64,000 nt of DNA from Minisyncoccota bacterium (GTDB lineage: Bacteria > Patescibacteriota > Minisyncoccia > Phycocordibacterales > UBA5272): assembly GCA_046350775.1 (NCBI GenBank), contig JAXLZS010000001.1:156379-220378 (forward strand), read 5' to 3'. Below the pieces are notes generated by a model that was given only the letters and a program-made list of their open reading frames with translations, was not told the DNA's origin and did not search any database. Shown here in pieces: positions 29,273 through 38,865 of the stretch; within the stretch, counting starts at the first letter, position 1, and every line of letters begins with the position of its first letter. Position numbers and translations under genes: made by a program.

Positions 29273-30985
29273 ATGACTCAAAATGAGGCGCTGGATATTT
29301 TAAAAATGGGACATTCAGTATTTTTAACTGGAGCCGCTGGCACTGGTAAAACTTTTGTCTTGAATAAATATATTGAATATCTAAAATCACACAGCGTGAG
29401 ACCAGTCATCACAGCCTCGACCGGCATCGCCGCGACCCATGTCGGCGGACAAACTATACACTCTTGGAGTGGTATCGGTATAATAGAAAAGCTAGACAGA
29501 TACACTCTTGATAGATTAGAACAAAATGAAAAGCTCTATAAAAAATACGAAAATGTAAAAGTCTTGATCATAGATGAGATATCAATGCTTCACGCCTCAA
29601 GGCTAGATATGATCAACAAACTTTTTAAAACTTTTCGCCAAAGTGACAAGCCTTTTGCTGGTATACAAATGATCTTTTGTGGAGACTTTTTTCAGCTTCC
29701 GCCTGTAGTCAAAAATTCTCAGGCAGATTTTCAAAATGAAAAAGAGTTTGCTTATCACTCTCTCGCCTGGCAAGAATTAAATCCAGTCGTCTGCTATCTC
29801 TCAGAAAACTATAGACAAGATGATGAGAAGCTTTTAAAAATATTAAATGATATCAGATTTGAAAGAGATATAGAAAAAATACACGACATCCTCTCAAAAA
29901 AAATAAATAATCAAAAATCAGAAAATGGTGTCTTGAAACTCTACACTCACAATGTAGATGTAGACAATATTAATAAAAATGAATATGAAAAAATAGATAG
30001 TGAAGATGAATATACTTTTGAGATGACATCCTCTGGCAAAAAGCATCTCATAGAGTCACTAAAAAATAATTGCCTCGCTCCAGAGATTCTTGATCTAAAA
30101 ATCGGCACCAAAGTCATCTTTGTCAGAAATGATCAAAATAGAGAATATCAAAATGGTACACTCGGCACAATAATTGATTTTGATGTAGCCAAGATGCCGA
30201 TAGTCGAGACTTTTGATAAAAAAGAAATCACCACCAAGATAGAGACTTGGCAGCATGTCGATGATAATGGAAAGGTCCTAGCAGAAATCTCACAGATCCC
30301 TCTCCGCTATGCCTGGGCTATCACCGTCCATAAATCACAAGGTATGACTCTCGACGCTGCTGAGATAGATCTAGAAAAAGCTTTTGGATCTGGTATGGGA
30401 TATGTCGCACTTTCTCGTGTTAAAAAATTAGAAAACATATATTTAAAAGGTATCAATAAAGAAGCTCTCAAAATCCACAAAGATGTAGTGAGACAAGATA
30501 AAATTTTCCGAGAAAAATCAGATCGCGCTAGTCACGCTCTAGAAAAGTATTACGAAAATAGTGAGATGAAAAAAAAGCTAATCAAAAAGCAAGAAGATTT
30601 TATCATCTATTGTGACGGAGATCTGGTAGAGCATGAGATCGAAGAAGTAGAGCCAATAAAAAATAAAATCAAGACTTCACTGGTGACTCTAGAATATATA
30701 AAAGGAGAAATACTTCCAAAAGATATCGCTGAGCAAAGAGATCTGACTCTCGGGACAATTGTCGGACATATCGAAGATCTTTTTGAAGGGAAAATAATCA
30801 ATGAAAAAGATATTTCTTATATTATAAAAAATATCGAAAAGCATTATTCAGGATCTGATATGAAGACTATCAAAAAAGTCTTGAGAGAAGATAAAGGGCT
30901 AAAAGCTAAACATGATGAGCTAAATAAAAAGCACAAAATAAATATCGATTTCCATACTTTGAAATTATTGAGGCTCGAAATATAA
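29273..30985 (+). CDS. Pif1/RecD-family SF1B DNA helicase with a C-terminal extension
   Basis: Walker A GAAGTGKT, Walker B DEISML, and the Pif1/RecD-characteristic FCGDFFQLPPV motif. Confidence 0.75.
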   Translation: MTQNEALDILKMGHSVFLTGAAGTGKTFVLNKYIEYLKSHSVRPVITASTGIAATHVGGQTIHSWSGIGIIEKLDRYTLDRLEQNEKLYKKYENVKVLIIDEISMLHASRLDMINKLFKTFRQSDKPFAGIQMIFCGDFFQLPPVVKNSQADFQNEKEFAYHSLAWQELNPVVCYLSENYRQDDEKLLKILNDIRFERDIEKIHDILSKKINNQKSENGVLKLYTHNVDVDNINKNEYEKIDSEDEYTFEMTSSGKKHLIESLKNNCLAPEILDLKIGTKVIFVRNDQNREYQNGTLGTIIDFDVAKMPIVETFDKKEITTKIETWQHVDDNGKVLAEISQIPLRYAWAITVHKSQGMTLDAAEIDLEKAFGSGMGYVALSRVKKLENIYLKGINKEALKIHKDVVRQDKIFREKSDRASHALEKYYENSEMKKKLIKKQEDFIIYCDGDLVEHEIEEVEPIKNKIKTSLVTLEYIKGEILPKDIAEQRDLTLGTIVGHIEDLFEGKIINEKDISYIIKNIEKHYSGSDMKTIKKVLREDKGLKAKHDELNKKHKINIDFHTLKLLRLEI

Positions 30986-30986
30986 A

Positions 30987-31988
30987 TTATTTCACAAAAT
31001 ACATGTCTTGATTATAATCAGAGACGCCGAGATACTCGACATTATCCATCTCCTCACCATCAAGATCTAGACTGATTGTCTTTTCGTCGAGATTGTTTTT
31101 TCTATTTTCGATAAATTTATAAATCTTTTCAAAATCTCTACAATGTCTACATCCTTCACCTTTTACTTTTTCATTTGGACAGATATAGATACCTTTTTCA
31201 CGCAGATTTTTAATTTTGATGCCTATTTCTAAAATTTTATTTTTAGTTTCTTCTATATCTTTTAATTTTTCTTCATCTATCTTTTTTATATAAAATTCAT
31301 CATGCTCACTGTCTTCTTTTTTATTTTCATGATCGAGATACCAATAGGCCACCTCATCTATCTTAAAAATCTTGGAAGAATTTTCTTTCATGAGATTGGA
31401 GAGTAAAAGATAGTAGATTGGTAGCTGAAAAGAGTCATCATCTTCATCATTGCGACCAGTCTTAAAATCGATGATGCGTAGTGAGTCTGTATCTTTTAAA
31501 TATTCTACCCAATCAATACTACCGCAGAGTATGATATTCTCATCGAGAGAAAGATAATAATTTGGTATCATATCTCCTTTATAAAAATAACTAAGTGGAA
31601 TAATCTTATTTAAAAGTATCTTTGGACTCTCTACGACTTTCTTGATCATTTCTTCACCACGAATATAAAAAGATTTTTCTTCATCTTCATTTTTAAAGCC
31701 TCCCTTTTTACCATTATACTTTTTCCATTCTCTTTGAAAATTATTTAAAAGATTTTCTTTGATTTCTTTTTCTCTATCTTCGGTCTTTATATTTTTGAGA
31801 TCTTCGATGACTTTGTGGACCGCGACTCCGAGAGTGAGATGTGGTGAGGCAATATTTATCTTTCTCCTTGAAATAGGATCTTTAAAAACATTTTTCAAAT
31901 AATAAAGTCTGTCACAAGATAAAAAATCTCGGATTGATGAATGTGATATCCATACTGATTTGTATTTATCAGGCATAATTTTATACAT
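30987..31988 (-). CDS. PD-(D/E)XK RecB-family nuclease with a Cas4/AddB-type Cys cluster (nuclease domain only)
   Basis: Motif II GSIDWV, motif III IIDFKTG, QLPIYY motif. N-terminal Cys (SCDRLYYL) plus C-terminal CPNEKVKGEGCRHC. Confidence 0.7.
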   Translation of the reverse strand: MYKIMPDKYKSVWISHSSIRDFLSCDRLYYLKNVFKDPISRRKINIASPHLTLGVAVHKVIEDLKNIKTEDREKEIKENLLNNFQREWKKYNGKKGGFKNEDEEKSFYIRGEEMIKKVVESPKILLNKIIPLSYFYKGDMIPNYYLSLDENIILCGSIDWVEYLKDTDSLRIIDFKTGRNDEDDDSFQLPIYYLLLSNLMKENSSKIFKIDEVAYWYLDHENKKEDSEHDEFYIKKIDEEKLKDIEETKNKILEIGIKIKNLREKGIYICPNEKVKGEGCRHCRDFEKIYKFIENRKNNLDEKTISLDLDGEEMDNVEYLGVSDYNQDMYFVK

Positions 31989-32065
31989 TTTAGCATATTT
32001 GGGAAATAATAAATAAAATAAAACCTTAAAACTTATAAAAAGTTTAAGGTTTTATACACTTTACT

Positions 32066-32335
32066 TTACATAGCTTTCAGATCTTCTTCAAAACCATCGA
32101 TGTCTTTTCCTATATCCTCAAGAAGTTTCATATTAATTGCATGACTATCATTAATTAATTTAGACTCTTCCCTTGTAAGTTCATCGATTCTTTTTAATTC
32201 TTCATCTGTGTTGTATTTCTTTGTCATCAAAGGTAGTAATTCTTTACGCAAAGATTCTAATTTTTTATTAGTTTCTTCTTGTTGAACAAGTAAAGCATCC
32301 AAATTTTTATTAAAATTATCCATTGAGACTGGCAT
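32066..32335 (-). CDS. small coiled-coil protein lying between the AddA-like gene and the nuclease gene
   Basis: 89-aa charged helical ORF. Confidence 0.35.
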   Translation of the reverse strand: MPVSMDNFNKNLDALLVQQEETNKKLESLRKELLPLMTKKYNTDEELKRIDELTREESKLINDSHAINMKLLEDIGKDIDGFEEDLKAM

Positions 32336-32416
32336 TTGTAAGAACGATTTAAATTGTTAACTAATATATACATTATATATTATTAATATATGTTTGTCAA
32401 TAGTAATAAAAATCTT

Positions 32417-35400
32417 TTATATCTTCCCTTCAATCAAATCTCTTTCAAATTCTAAGATACCATTTATATTTGGTTCGTATTTGGATATATCTATTTTTGA
32501 TAATTCATCAATATTTTTTATTATCTTGTAGACTTTGACTATCAATTTTTCGAAATCTCTCCATTCATCTTTACTGATATCATTTTCAAAATCAAGATCA
32601 ATCTCCAAGACATCTTCATCATCTACAAAAGAAATCTGACCAGATTTTATTTCTTTACCTTTAAAATCTCTACTATTTTCGAGTAGGATTTTATAAAACA
32701 TCAGCTGCTGCTTATAATTATGCTTTTTGATATTCTCATAATCGTCTTTTTTAGCAGATTTGATTTCAAAATCTTTAAAGGCTTTTCCTGTCTTGATATC
32801 GACGACTTTTAGATTTTCATCTATCAATATCCTATCTACCTTTCCAGTAAACTCTGCTCCATCTATGACTATCCCCTGATTTTTAAAATTAGTCTCAGTC
32901 TTAGCATTTTTTGATTCTTCTAAAATTTCTTTTTGTTTTAATTTATAAAAATTATTTAAAGATTTTTCACCTTTCTTGATAAGATCTTCTTCATCTCCTA
33001 TTAAAAGTCTCGCCTTTTTGATTTCTTTTTCAAAAATTTCTAAGACTTCTTTTAATGCTAAAGATTTATTATTGGCTTTTGCGTAGACATACATTTCTTC
33101 TATAGCTCTATGCATAGCTGATCCATAGACAGCGCTACTGGATTTAGCTTGTGGAAAAAGAAGAAGATTCTGCTCGAGAAATAATTTTGGTCCACCTTTT
33201 TCGATATTCAAAAAATTATTGAGATGTGTAGGAGAAAGTTTATAATCTTCTAAAAGCTTTTCAAGTAACACCTTTTCAGATTTTGCAAAAGGAGGAATAT
33301 TATAAATCTTGAGTCCATTTTTGAGATCTTTATTTTCTATTTCTACTTTTTTATTTTTTAAATCTTGAAAATCCGCCAAAAAGGAAAGTACTTCACCTGA
33401 GTGAGTGATATAGATAGTATGCTTGGCACGAGTGACCGCTACGAAAAATAGTCTCAAGAAATCATCTTCATTGTCAGACAATCTCGAGAAAGGCATATTA
33501 AGAGGTAGTGGCAATTTATTCATGACACCTTTACTCTTCCAGACATTCTCATCAGCTGAGATGAGAAAGACGTATTCAAACTCTAGTCCTTTAGCTTTGT
33601 GACTAGTCATGAGATGTATAGCGTTTTTATCACCGATAAAGCTGGTCTTGTTGAGTAATGCGACATTATAATTTTTATGAAGATCTATAAAGCTAGAGAG
33701 ATCTTTGACTAGGAGCTTTTCTCCCTTTTTAAATTCTCTTAGTGCATAGATAAATACTCTCAGGCTTGAGAGGAAATGTATATATGAGGCCAGATTGCCT
33801 TTGATAACATCTTCACCAAAATAAAAGTCTTTATAATTTGAGACGAATTTACTTTTTAATTTTGGAATAGAGTTATTAAAATATTCGTCTTGATTTTCTT
33901 CTTGAGAGATCTCAATATCTTTGCTACCAATCAAAATATCTAAAATGATCTCCAGTGAGACAGTCTTAGCCAGCACTCCGAGCTCGACAAAAAACTTGGC
34001 CAGCTCTCTCACTTTTTCATCATCACTATCTTTCATGGTATCCAGCCATGACTTTTTTTCTTTATAGCTTTCTTCGGATATCTTCCAGATAGATAATCTA
34101 TCAATATCTAAAAATGAATAAGAAAGTATCTCTGGTAAAAGATCATCTGCTTCCTCTTTTTTATTATCACCGACACTTTCTAAAAATTTACAGATCTTGA
34201 TGAGTGGCTCAATATGGACCTCATTAAATACAGACTCTTTTCTCTCATAATTATAAGAAATATTTTCTGCATCGAGATATGGGAGTATCTCTTGCAGATC
34301 AGCGTGACGGCGACTGATGATAGCTATCTCTTTTTCATCGACACCTTTCTCTATCAGAGACTTGATCTCTTTAGCGACAAATAAAAACTCTTTTTCTTTT
34401 TCGTCGAAGCTATTGAGATATATTTCTCCGTCTTTTAATTCTTTATTTTTCGCGACGAGGTCCTTGATGAGATCTTGATTGTGCTTGGTCAATCTCTCGT
34501 CAGCCTTTTCTATGAGACTCTTGGCAAAGTCGAGCACCTTTTGAGTAGAGCGATAGTTGTCAGTCAGGACGATAAACTTCACTTCACTGTACATATTTTG
34601 AAAATTAAAAATATTATTTAATTCTGCTCCTTGAAATTTAAAAATAGATTGATCGTCATCTCCTACCGCAAAGACATTGGCCCTACCTTCGAGGACTGGA
34701 TTTTTGGTGATACTCTCTATCAATTTTACTTGAGCGAGATTGGTATCTTGAAATTCATCTACTAGTATGTATTGATATGTCTCCTCGATCTCAGCGCGCA
34801 GAGTCGCATTGTTTAGCAGTCTATCTCTCACATAGATGATCATGTCATTAAAATCAAATAGCCCGAGCCTGTGCAACTCTTTTTGGTATTCTTCATAGAT
34901 ATCACAAGCAGCAAAAAGCTTTTCCAGATATTTTTCTTCTTTAAAGACAAATTCCTCATTTTCATTTTTTTCAAAAAGCTTGAGCTTAGCTTTACTGAGA
35001 TTGTCCGCCTCTATCTCTTTTTCAAGATAGACAGCATAAAATTTTCCCACCTCAGTCCCGCTATTTGCAAATTCATCTTTGAGATTTATAAATTCTTCTT
35101 TAGCACCTTTTGAGCGGAGAGACTCTGGCACCTTTTTTAGTATTGGCTTTAGCTTTTCCAATTCTTCTCTATTCTTTTCTAATTTTTCTTTGACTTCTCT
35201 CGGAGTGAGACCAGCTTCTTTAAAATTTTGAATTCTAGCTTTGACATCAGAAAAGTAAGCATAGCCTATCTCCTCATGATATCCGTAGAGTGGATGACCG
35301 TATCTCAGATTTTTAAAAATATTTTCTAGTATCTCATTTTGTTTTAATTCGGCTATCGGCTCGTATCTATGTGCATCAAAAAAGTGCTCTGGATATTTTG

Positions 35401-35722
35401 AAATGATCTCAGTACAAAATGCATGAAAAGTAAATATTGGCACCTTGTAGGCAGTGCTACCCATGATCTTACTTAGTCTCTCGAGCATGTTTTTACTAGC
35501 ACTCTCGGTGAAAGTCAGACACAGTATCTCGTCAGGCTTCGCTAGGCCTTTATATATAATATTTGCGATACGAAGTGACAAAAGCTCTGTCTTTCCGCTT
35601 CCTGGGCCAGCTACGACGATCACAGGGCCTTCTAGAGCCTCGACAGCTTCCATTTGAGCCTTATTTAGCTTTTTTAGTCTCTCTTCAAAGAGTTTGTTGT
35701 GCTCCAAAAGTTGATTTATCAT
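32417..35722 (-). CDS. addA: AddA/RecB-like helicase-nuclease (UvrD-family SF1A helicase plus C-terminal RecB nuclease domain)
   Basis: Walker A VVAGPGSGKTE and UvrD motifs. C-terminal nuclease region GKVDRILID...VVDIKTGK with a QQLMFY motif. Confidence 0.8.
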   Translation of the reverse strand: MINQLLEHNKLFEERLKKLNKAQMEAVEALEGPVIVVAGPGSGKTELLSLRIANIIYKGLAKPDEILCLTFTESASKNMLERLSKIMGSTAYKVPIFTFHAFCTEIISKYPEHFFDAHRYEPIAELKQNEILENIFKNLRYGHPLYGYHEEIGYAYFSDVKARIQNFKEAGLTPREVKEKLEKNREELEKLKPILKKVPESLRSKGAKEEFINLKDEFANSGTEVGKFYAVYLEKEIEADNLSKAKLKLFEKNENEEFVFKEEKYLEKLFAACDIYEEYQKELHRLGLFDFNDMIIYVRDRLLNNATLRAEIEETYQYILVDEFQDTNLAQVKLIESITKNPVLEGRANVFAVGDDDQSIFKFQGAELNNIFNFQNMYSEVKFIVLTDNYRSTQKVLDFAKSLIEKADERLTKHNQDLIKDLVAKNKELKDGEIYLNSFDEKEKEFLFVAKEIKSLIEKGVDEKEIAIISRRHADLQEILPYLDAENISYNYERKESVFNEVHIEPLIKICKFLESVGDNKKEEADDLLPEILSYSFLDIDRLSIWKISEESYKEKKSWLDTMKDSDDEKVRELAKFFVELGVLAKTVSLEIILDILIGSKDIEISQEENQDEYFNNSIPKLKSKFVSNYKDFYFGEDVIKGNLASYIHFLSSLRVFIYALREFKKGEKLLVKDLSSFIDLHKNYNVALLNKTSFIGDKNAIHLMTSHKAKGLEFEYVFLISADENVWKSKGVMNKLPLPLNMPFSRLSDNEDDFLRLFFVAVTRAKHTIYITHSGEVLSFLADFQDLKNKKVEIENKDLKNGLKIYNIPPFAKSEKVLLEKLLEDYKLSPTHLNNFLNIEKGGPKLFLEQNLLLFPQAKSSSAVYGSAMHRAIEEMYVYAKANNKSLALKEVLEIFEKEIKKARLLIGDEEDLIKKGEKSLNNFYKLKQKEILEESKNAKTETNFKNQGIVIDGAEFTGKVDRILIDENLKVVDIKTGKAFKDFEIKSAKKDDYENIKKHNYKQQLMFYKILLENSRDFKGKEIKSGQISFVDDEDVLEIDLDFENDISKDEWRDFEKLIVKVYKIIKNIDELSKIDISKYEPNINGILEFERDLIEGKI

Positions 35723-35742
35723 AATAATATTTTTATCTTTAT

Positions 35743-36306
35743 TTATCCTATCTTAATACCTATTTTAGATAAAATCTTAGATAAAAAGAAAATAAATTTA
35801 TATTTAAAAGTCAAATTTGAAAGAAAAATAAATTTTTGCCCTTCAAGATTAGAAACGTCTTTTAATATTGTAGTATTAATTATTTTTTCTAGTTGATTCT
35901 TATAATTCAAAATATCGCTAGTCGAGGACATTGCATTTATTCTTGTATATAAAATGTTAGCCATCTCTATTTCATTAGACAAATCTATTAAACTAGTAGT
36001 AATTTCTGGATTTGTGTGTATTATATAATCTGATGAAATTAATATTTTTAATATTGAATTAGATAATAAAAATCCATTGTTAAATATAAGAGCGGGATTC
36101 AATTCAAAAATCTTTATCATTCCTTGTATTTTGTCTACATTTCTATTTTGTTCTATTGATAGCTCTGTATCTAATTTCTTTAATAACTTTTCTTTACTTT
36201 TATTAGACTCTCTCTTTTTTAAAAAAGAAACCAAAATTATTGAAAATAGAAGTGTTGTTATAATGCCAGAAATTAAATTTTGATTCAAGAAATTCCAAAT
36301 ATCCAT
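35743..36306 (-). CDS. hypothetical membrane-anchored protein
   Basis: ORF with an N-terminal TM helix. Confidence 0.35.
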   Translation of the reverse strand: MDIWNFLNQNLISGIITTLLFSIILVSFLKKRESNKSKEKLLKKLDTELSIEQNRNVDKIQGMIKIFELNPALIFNNGFLLSNSILKILISSDYIIHTNPEITTSLIDLSNEIEMANILYTRINAMSSTSDILNYKNQLEKIINTTILKDVSNLEGQKFIFLSNLTFKYKFIFFLSKILSKIGIKIG

Positions 36307-36381
36307 ATATTATATTAAAATATTATATCATTCCTTTTTCTTAATTAAAAACACCTCATTTCTGAGATATTTTTTAAAAAA

Positions 36382-36837
36382 CTATTTTACATCCTCCTTC
36401 ACTTCACCCACATGTTCCTTTGGCTTCACCTCCTCATAAATCTTTTCTATCTTTCCATTTTGATCTATAAGAAAACTCATACGCAGTATACCCATATATT
36501 CGCGGCCCATGAACTTTTTCTTGCCCCAGGCACCATAAGCTTCTATCACATCACCAGTCTCATCAGAAAGTATCGGAAAATTGAGATCATACTTTTTGGC
36601 AAACTTGGCATGACTGGCGACACTGTCTTTGCTGACACCGAGCACCACGAGACCGAGACTAGAGAGATCTTTTAAATTATCACGAAAGCTGCAAGCCTCA
36701 GTCGTACAGCCTGGAGTGTCGTCTTTTGGATAAAAGTAGAGGAGGACTTTTTTGCCTTTATACATTTTAAGATTGTGCATTTCGCCTGATTGATCAGGAA
36801 GATTAAATTCTGGAGCTTTTTGATTTATTTTTAACAT
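36382..36837 (-). CDS. bcp: peroxiredoxin (Bcp/PrxQ-type thiol peroxidase)
   Basis: Peroxidatic Cys motif YFYPKDDTPGCTTEAC. Confidence 0.85.
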   Translation of the reverse strand: MLKINQKAPEFNLPDQSGEMHNLKMYKGKKVLLYFYPKDDTPGCTTEACSFRDNLKDLSSLGLVVLGVSKDSVASHAKFAKKYDLNFPILSDETGDVIEAYGAWGKKKFMGREYMGILRMSFLIDQNGKIEKIYEEVKPKEHVGEVKEDVK

Positions 36838-37010
36838 AATTTTTTATTTATTATAACAAAAACAAAGCACCTCAAATAGAGATGCTTTGTCTTCGATATT
36901 ACTTAGCTTTTACTTGCTTTGGTTTTTTCTTTTCTTTTCTTTGTGAAAAATTTCCCTTTGCCATATATTTAAAATTTATATTTTTTATATATAAATTATA
37001 TCATAAAAAA

Positions 37011-37030
37011 ATCCCCGACTTTTCGGGGAT
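37011..37030. terminator. bidirectional stem-loop terminator
   Basis: atccccga-cttt-tcggggat stem-loop flanked by an A-run and a T-run. Confidence 0.6.
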
Positions 37031-37040
37031 TTGCATAAAA

Positions 37041-37430
37041 TCAAAATCCTTTGAAAGCTCTTTTTTCATAGAGCTCTTTCCACAGATTTATTTCCATGAT
37101 TTCCGGGATATGATCGGCTGCCCTGACACGAAGACTCAAAAATTTTTCATCTATGAGTCTTTTTTCTACCTCACAAATTGAGCAAAATTTATAGACCTCT
37201 ATAAATTCATAAGATAAAAATCCTGCAAAAATTACCATGTGTGGAGTCAGACCTATTTCGAAATGGTCTCCTGCCTCATATCTGACCTTTAGTGTCTTTT
37301 CTTGCTTCTCTGAATAGACAAAAAAGTCATCTGCAATTCTAGGTCTTGCTAGACTATTGCAAAATGGGCATATGTCCATAATGTTAAAGCAACCAGCTTT
37401 TGAAATCTGACGAAGTTCTTTAGAATTCAT
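37041..37430 (-). CDS. Cys-rich small protein, paralog A (CxFC...GLTPH...CSxCE signature)
   Basis: ORF. Shares its Cys spacing and GLTPH box with the neighbouring paralog at 37539..37898. Confidence 0.4.
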   Translation of the reverse strand: MNSKELRQISKAGCFNIMDICPFCNSLARPRIADDFFVYSEKQEKTLKVRYEAGDHFEIGLTPHMVIFAGFLSYEFIEVYKFCSICEVEKRLIDEKFLSLRVRAADHIPEIMEINLWKELYEKRAFKGF

Positions 37431-37538
37431 TTTTACGGGTTTTAAAGTACAAAAAAATATTTGACAACATTAAATATATAATATTTAATAAATAAATGCA
37501 AATAAAAAACTCCGAGCACTTTAGCTAAACTCGGAGTT

Positions 37539-37898
37539 TTAAAATGAATGTTTTGCCATCTGTTCCCATTTTTCAATACTCATCTCCCCTTTTTTCATTA
37601 GAGCATTTTGTACCTGATAAGGTTTTTTACGCTTATTTATTGCATACTTCTGTTTTAAAATCAACTCACAAGAGCAACATATAAGGTCGTATATAACCAA
37701 TCCTTTTTTTGTTTCTATTTTTCTATATATGTGAGGAGTAAGGCCGGAAGGAAAAGAATTTTTTTCATCAACTTTTACATGTATATAAGCATCCTTTCCT
37801 TTGCTAAAGATTGGCATTTGAAAACCTTGAGCTGGCAATTTGTTATTCATACAATGAAAACAAAAAGAAATTTGGCAAAATTCTAACATTGAAATCAT
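37539..37898 (-). CDS. Cys-rich small protein, paralog B
   Basis: FCFHC...SGLTPHIY...CCSCE. It is a tandem paralog of 37041..37430. Confidence 0.4.
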   Translation of the reverse strand: MISMLEFCQISFCFHCMNNKLPAQGFQMPIFSKGKDAYIHVKVDEKNSFPSGLTPHIYRKIETKKGLVIYDLICCSCELILKQKYAINKRKKPYQVQNALMKKGEMSIEKWEQMAKHSF

Positions 37899-37947
37899 TT
37901 AAAGTTTATTTACAATAAATACCGTTTTTAAATATATAACAAAAAAG

Positions 37948-38289
37948 TCATGATTTGCAAGTTTTTGCTAGAGAATATCCAGCAAAGATAGCAGACTCCT
38001 CCGTATTAAAATAAATCTTATTTTCTTCTTTTATACTAGATTTACAATTAAAATAATAATATTTTGTACCCCTCTTGCTAGCATAAATAAATTTATCTTT
38101 TGGATTTTGAGCAAGCGTATTTGAAAAACCATAAATAAGAGATTCATTTCCAAATGAAAATTGAGATGAGTAGACTTTGTATCCTACAAATATATTGATT
38201 ATTAGAAGGCTTAAAATTATAGATAGAAAAGAAGGACCTTTCAGCTCGATATTGATTTTTTTCAAAGTTTCTGTTATACTTTTCCACAT
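37948..38289 (-). CDS. small membrane-anchored/secreted protein with a C-terminal Ada-type metal-binding-like motif
   Basis: N-terminal TM helix. C-terminal FNCKSS...EESAIFAGYSLAKTC. Confidence 0.35.
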   Translation of the reverse strand: MWKSITETLKKINIELKGPSFLSIILSLLIINIFVGYKVYSSQFSFGNESLIYGFSNTLAQNPKDKFIYASKRGTKYYYFNCKSSIKEENKIYFNTEESAIFAGYSLAKTCKS

Positions 38290-38340
38290 ATTTTATAGAG
38301 AAATACTTTAAAATACTTAATAATTATATAACAAAAAACT

Positions 38341-38613
38341 ATGGCACATCGTAAGGCGGCCGGAACCGCGAAAAACCTGCGCGACAGTCAACCAAAGTAT
38401 CTGGGTCTCAAAAAAGGATCTGGAGAGGCTGTCAAAGCGGGCAATATCCTTATTCGCCAGAGAGGAACAAAATTCCTAGCTGGGAAAAATGTAGGCATGG
38501 GTAAAGATCACACTCTCTTTGCTTTGAAAGATGGAGTGGTCAATTTCTCCCAAAAAAGACAAGTAAAATTTGATAATACTACAGTAATGAAAAAAGTGAT
38601 CAGTGTACTCTAG
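38341..38613 (+). CDS. rpmA: 50S ribosomal protein L27
   Basis: [45 protein letters not shown]. Confidence 0.85.
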   Translation: MAHRKAAGTAKNLRDSQPKYLGLKKGSGEAVKAGNILIRQRGTKFLAGKNVGMGKDHTLFALKDGVVNFSQKRQVKFDNTTVMKKVISVL

Positions 38614-38640
38614 GATAAATATCAAATAAAAACAAAAAAA

Positions 38641-38674
38641 CCTTCCATGAAAATGAGAGGGTTTTTTGTTTTTT
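38641..38674 (+). terminator. rho-independent terminator of rpmA
   Basis: ccttc...gaggg imperfect stem followed by TTTTTTGTTTTTT. Confidence 0.55.
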
Positions 38675-38727
38675 CTCGTATTGAGAAAAAACAACTTAAA
38701 CTTCTAAAAATAAGAGGTCACAAATTT

Positions 38728-38762
38728 TGTAAAATAAAAATCCCTCTGCATTTTGCAGAGGG
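38728..38762 (-). terminator. rho-independent terminator of rplI
   Basis: ccctctgca-ttt-tgcagaggg 9-bp stem. The T-run is on the - strand (aaaataaaaa on +). Confidence 0.7.
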
Positions 38763-38865
38763 AAAAAGATAGGTACGTTCGAAACTTAAACTTCTAAAAT
38801 GACATGAAATGAAAAAAGTTTTCACTCCCCAATAAGTATACTCTATCTAAAAATATTGTCAAATA

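Noticed and set aside
36882-37181. 99-aa + strand ORF across the bcp downstream region
   Set aside because: Low-complexity F/Y-rich. It spans two terminator hairpins and overlaps the 37041 gene, so it is an AT-rich artefact.
38693-38799. 17-bp direct repeat pair considered as a mini-CRISPR
   Set aside because: Only two copies, 90 bp apart, embedded in terminator structures.
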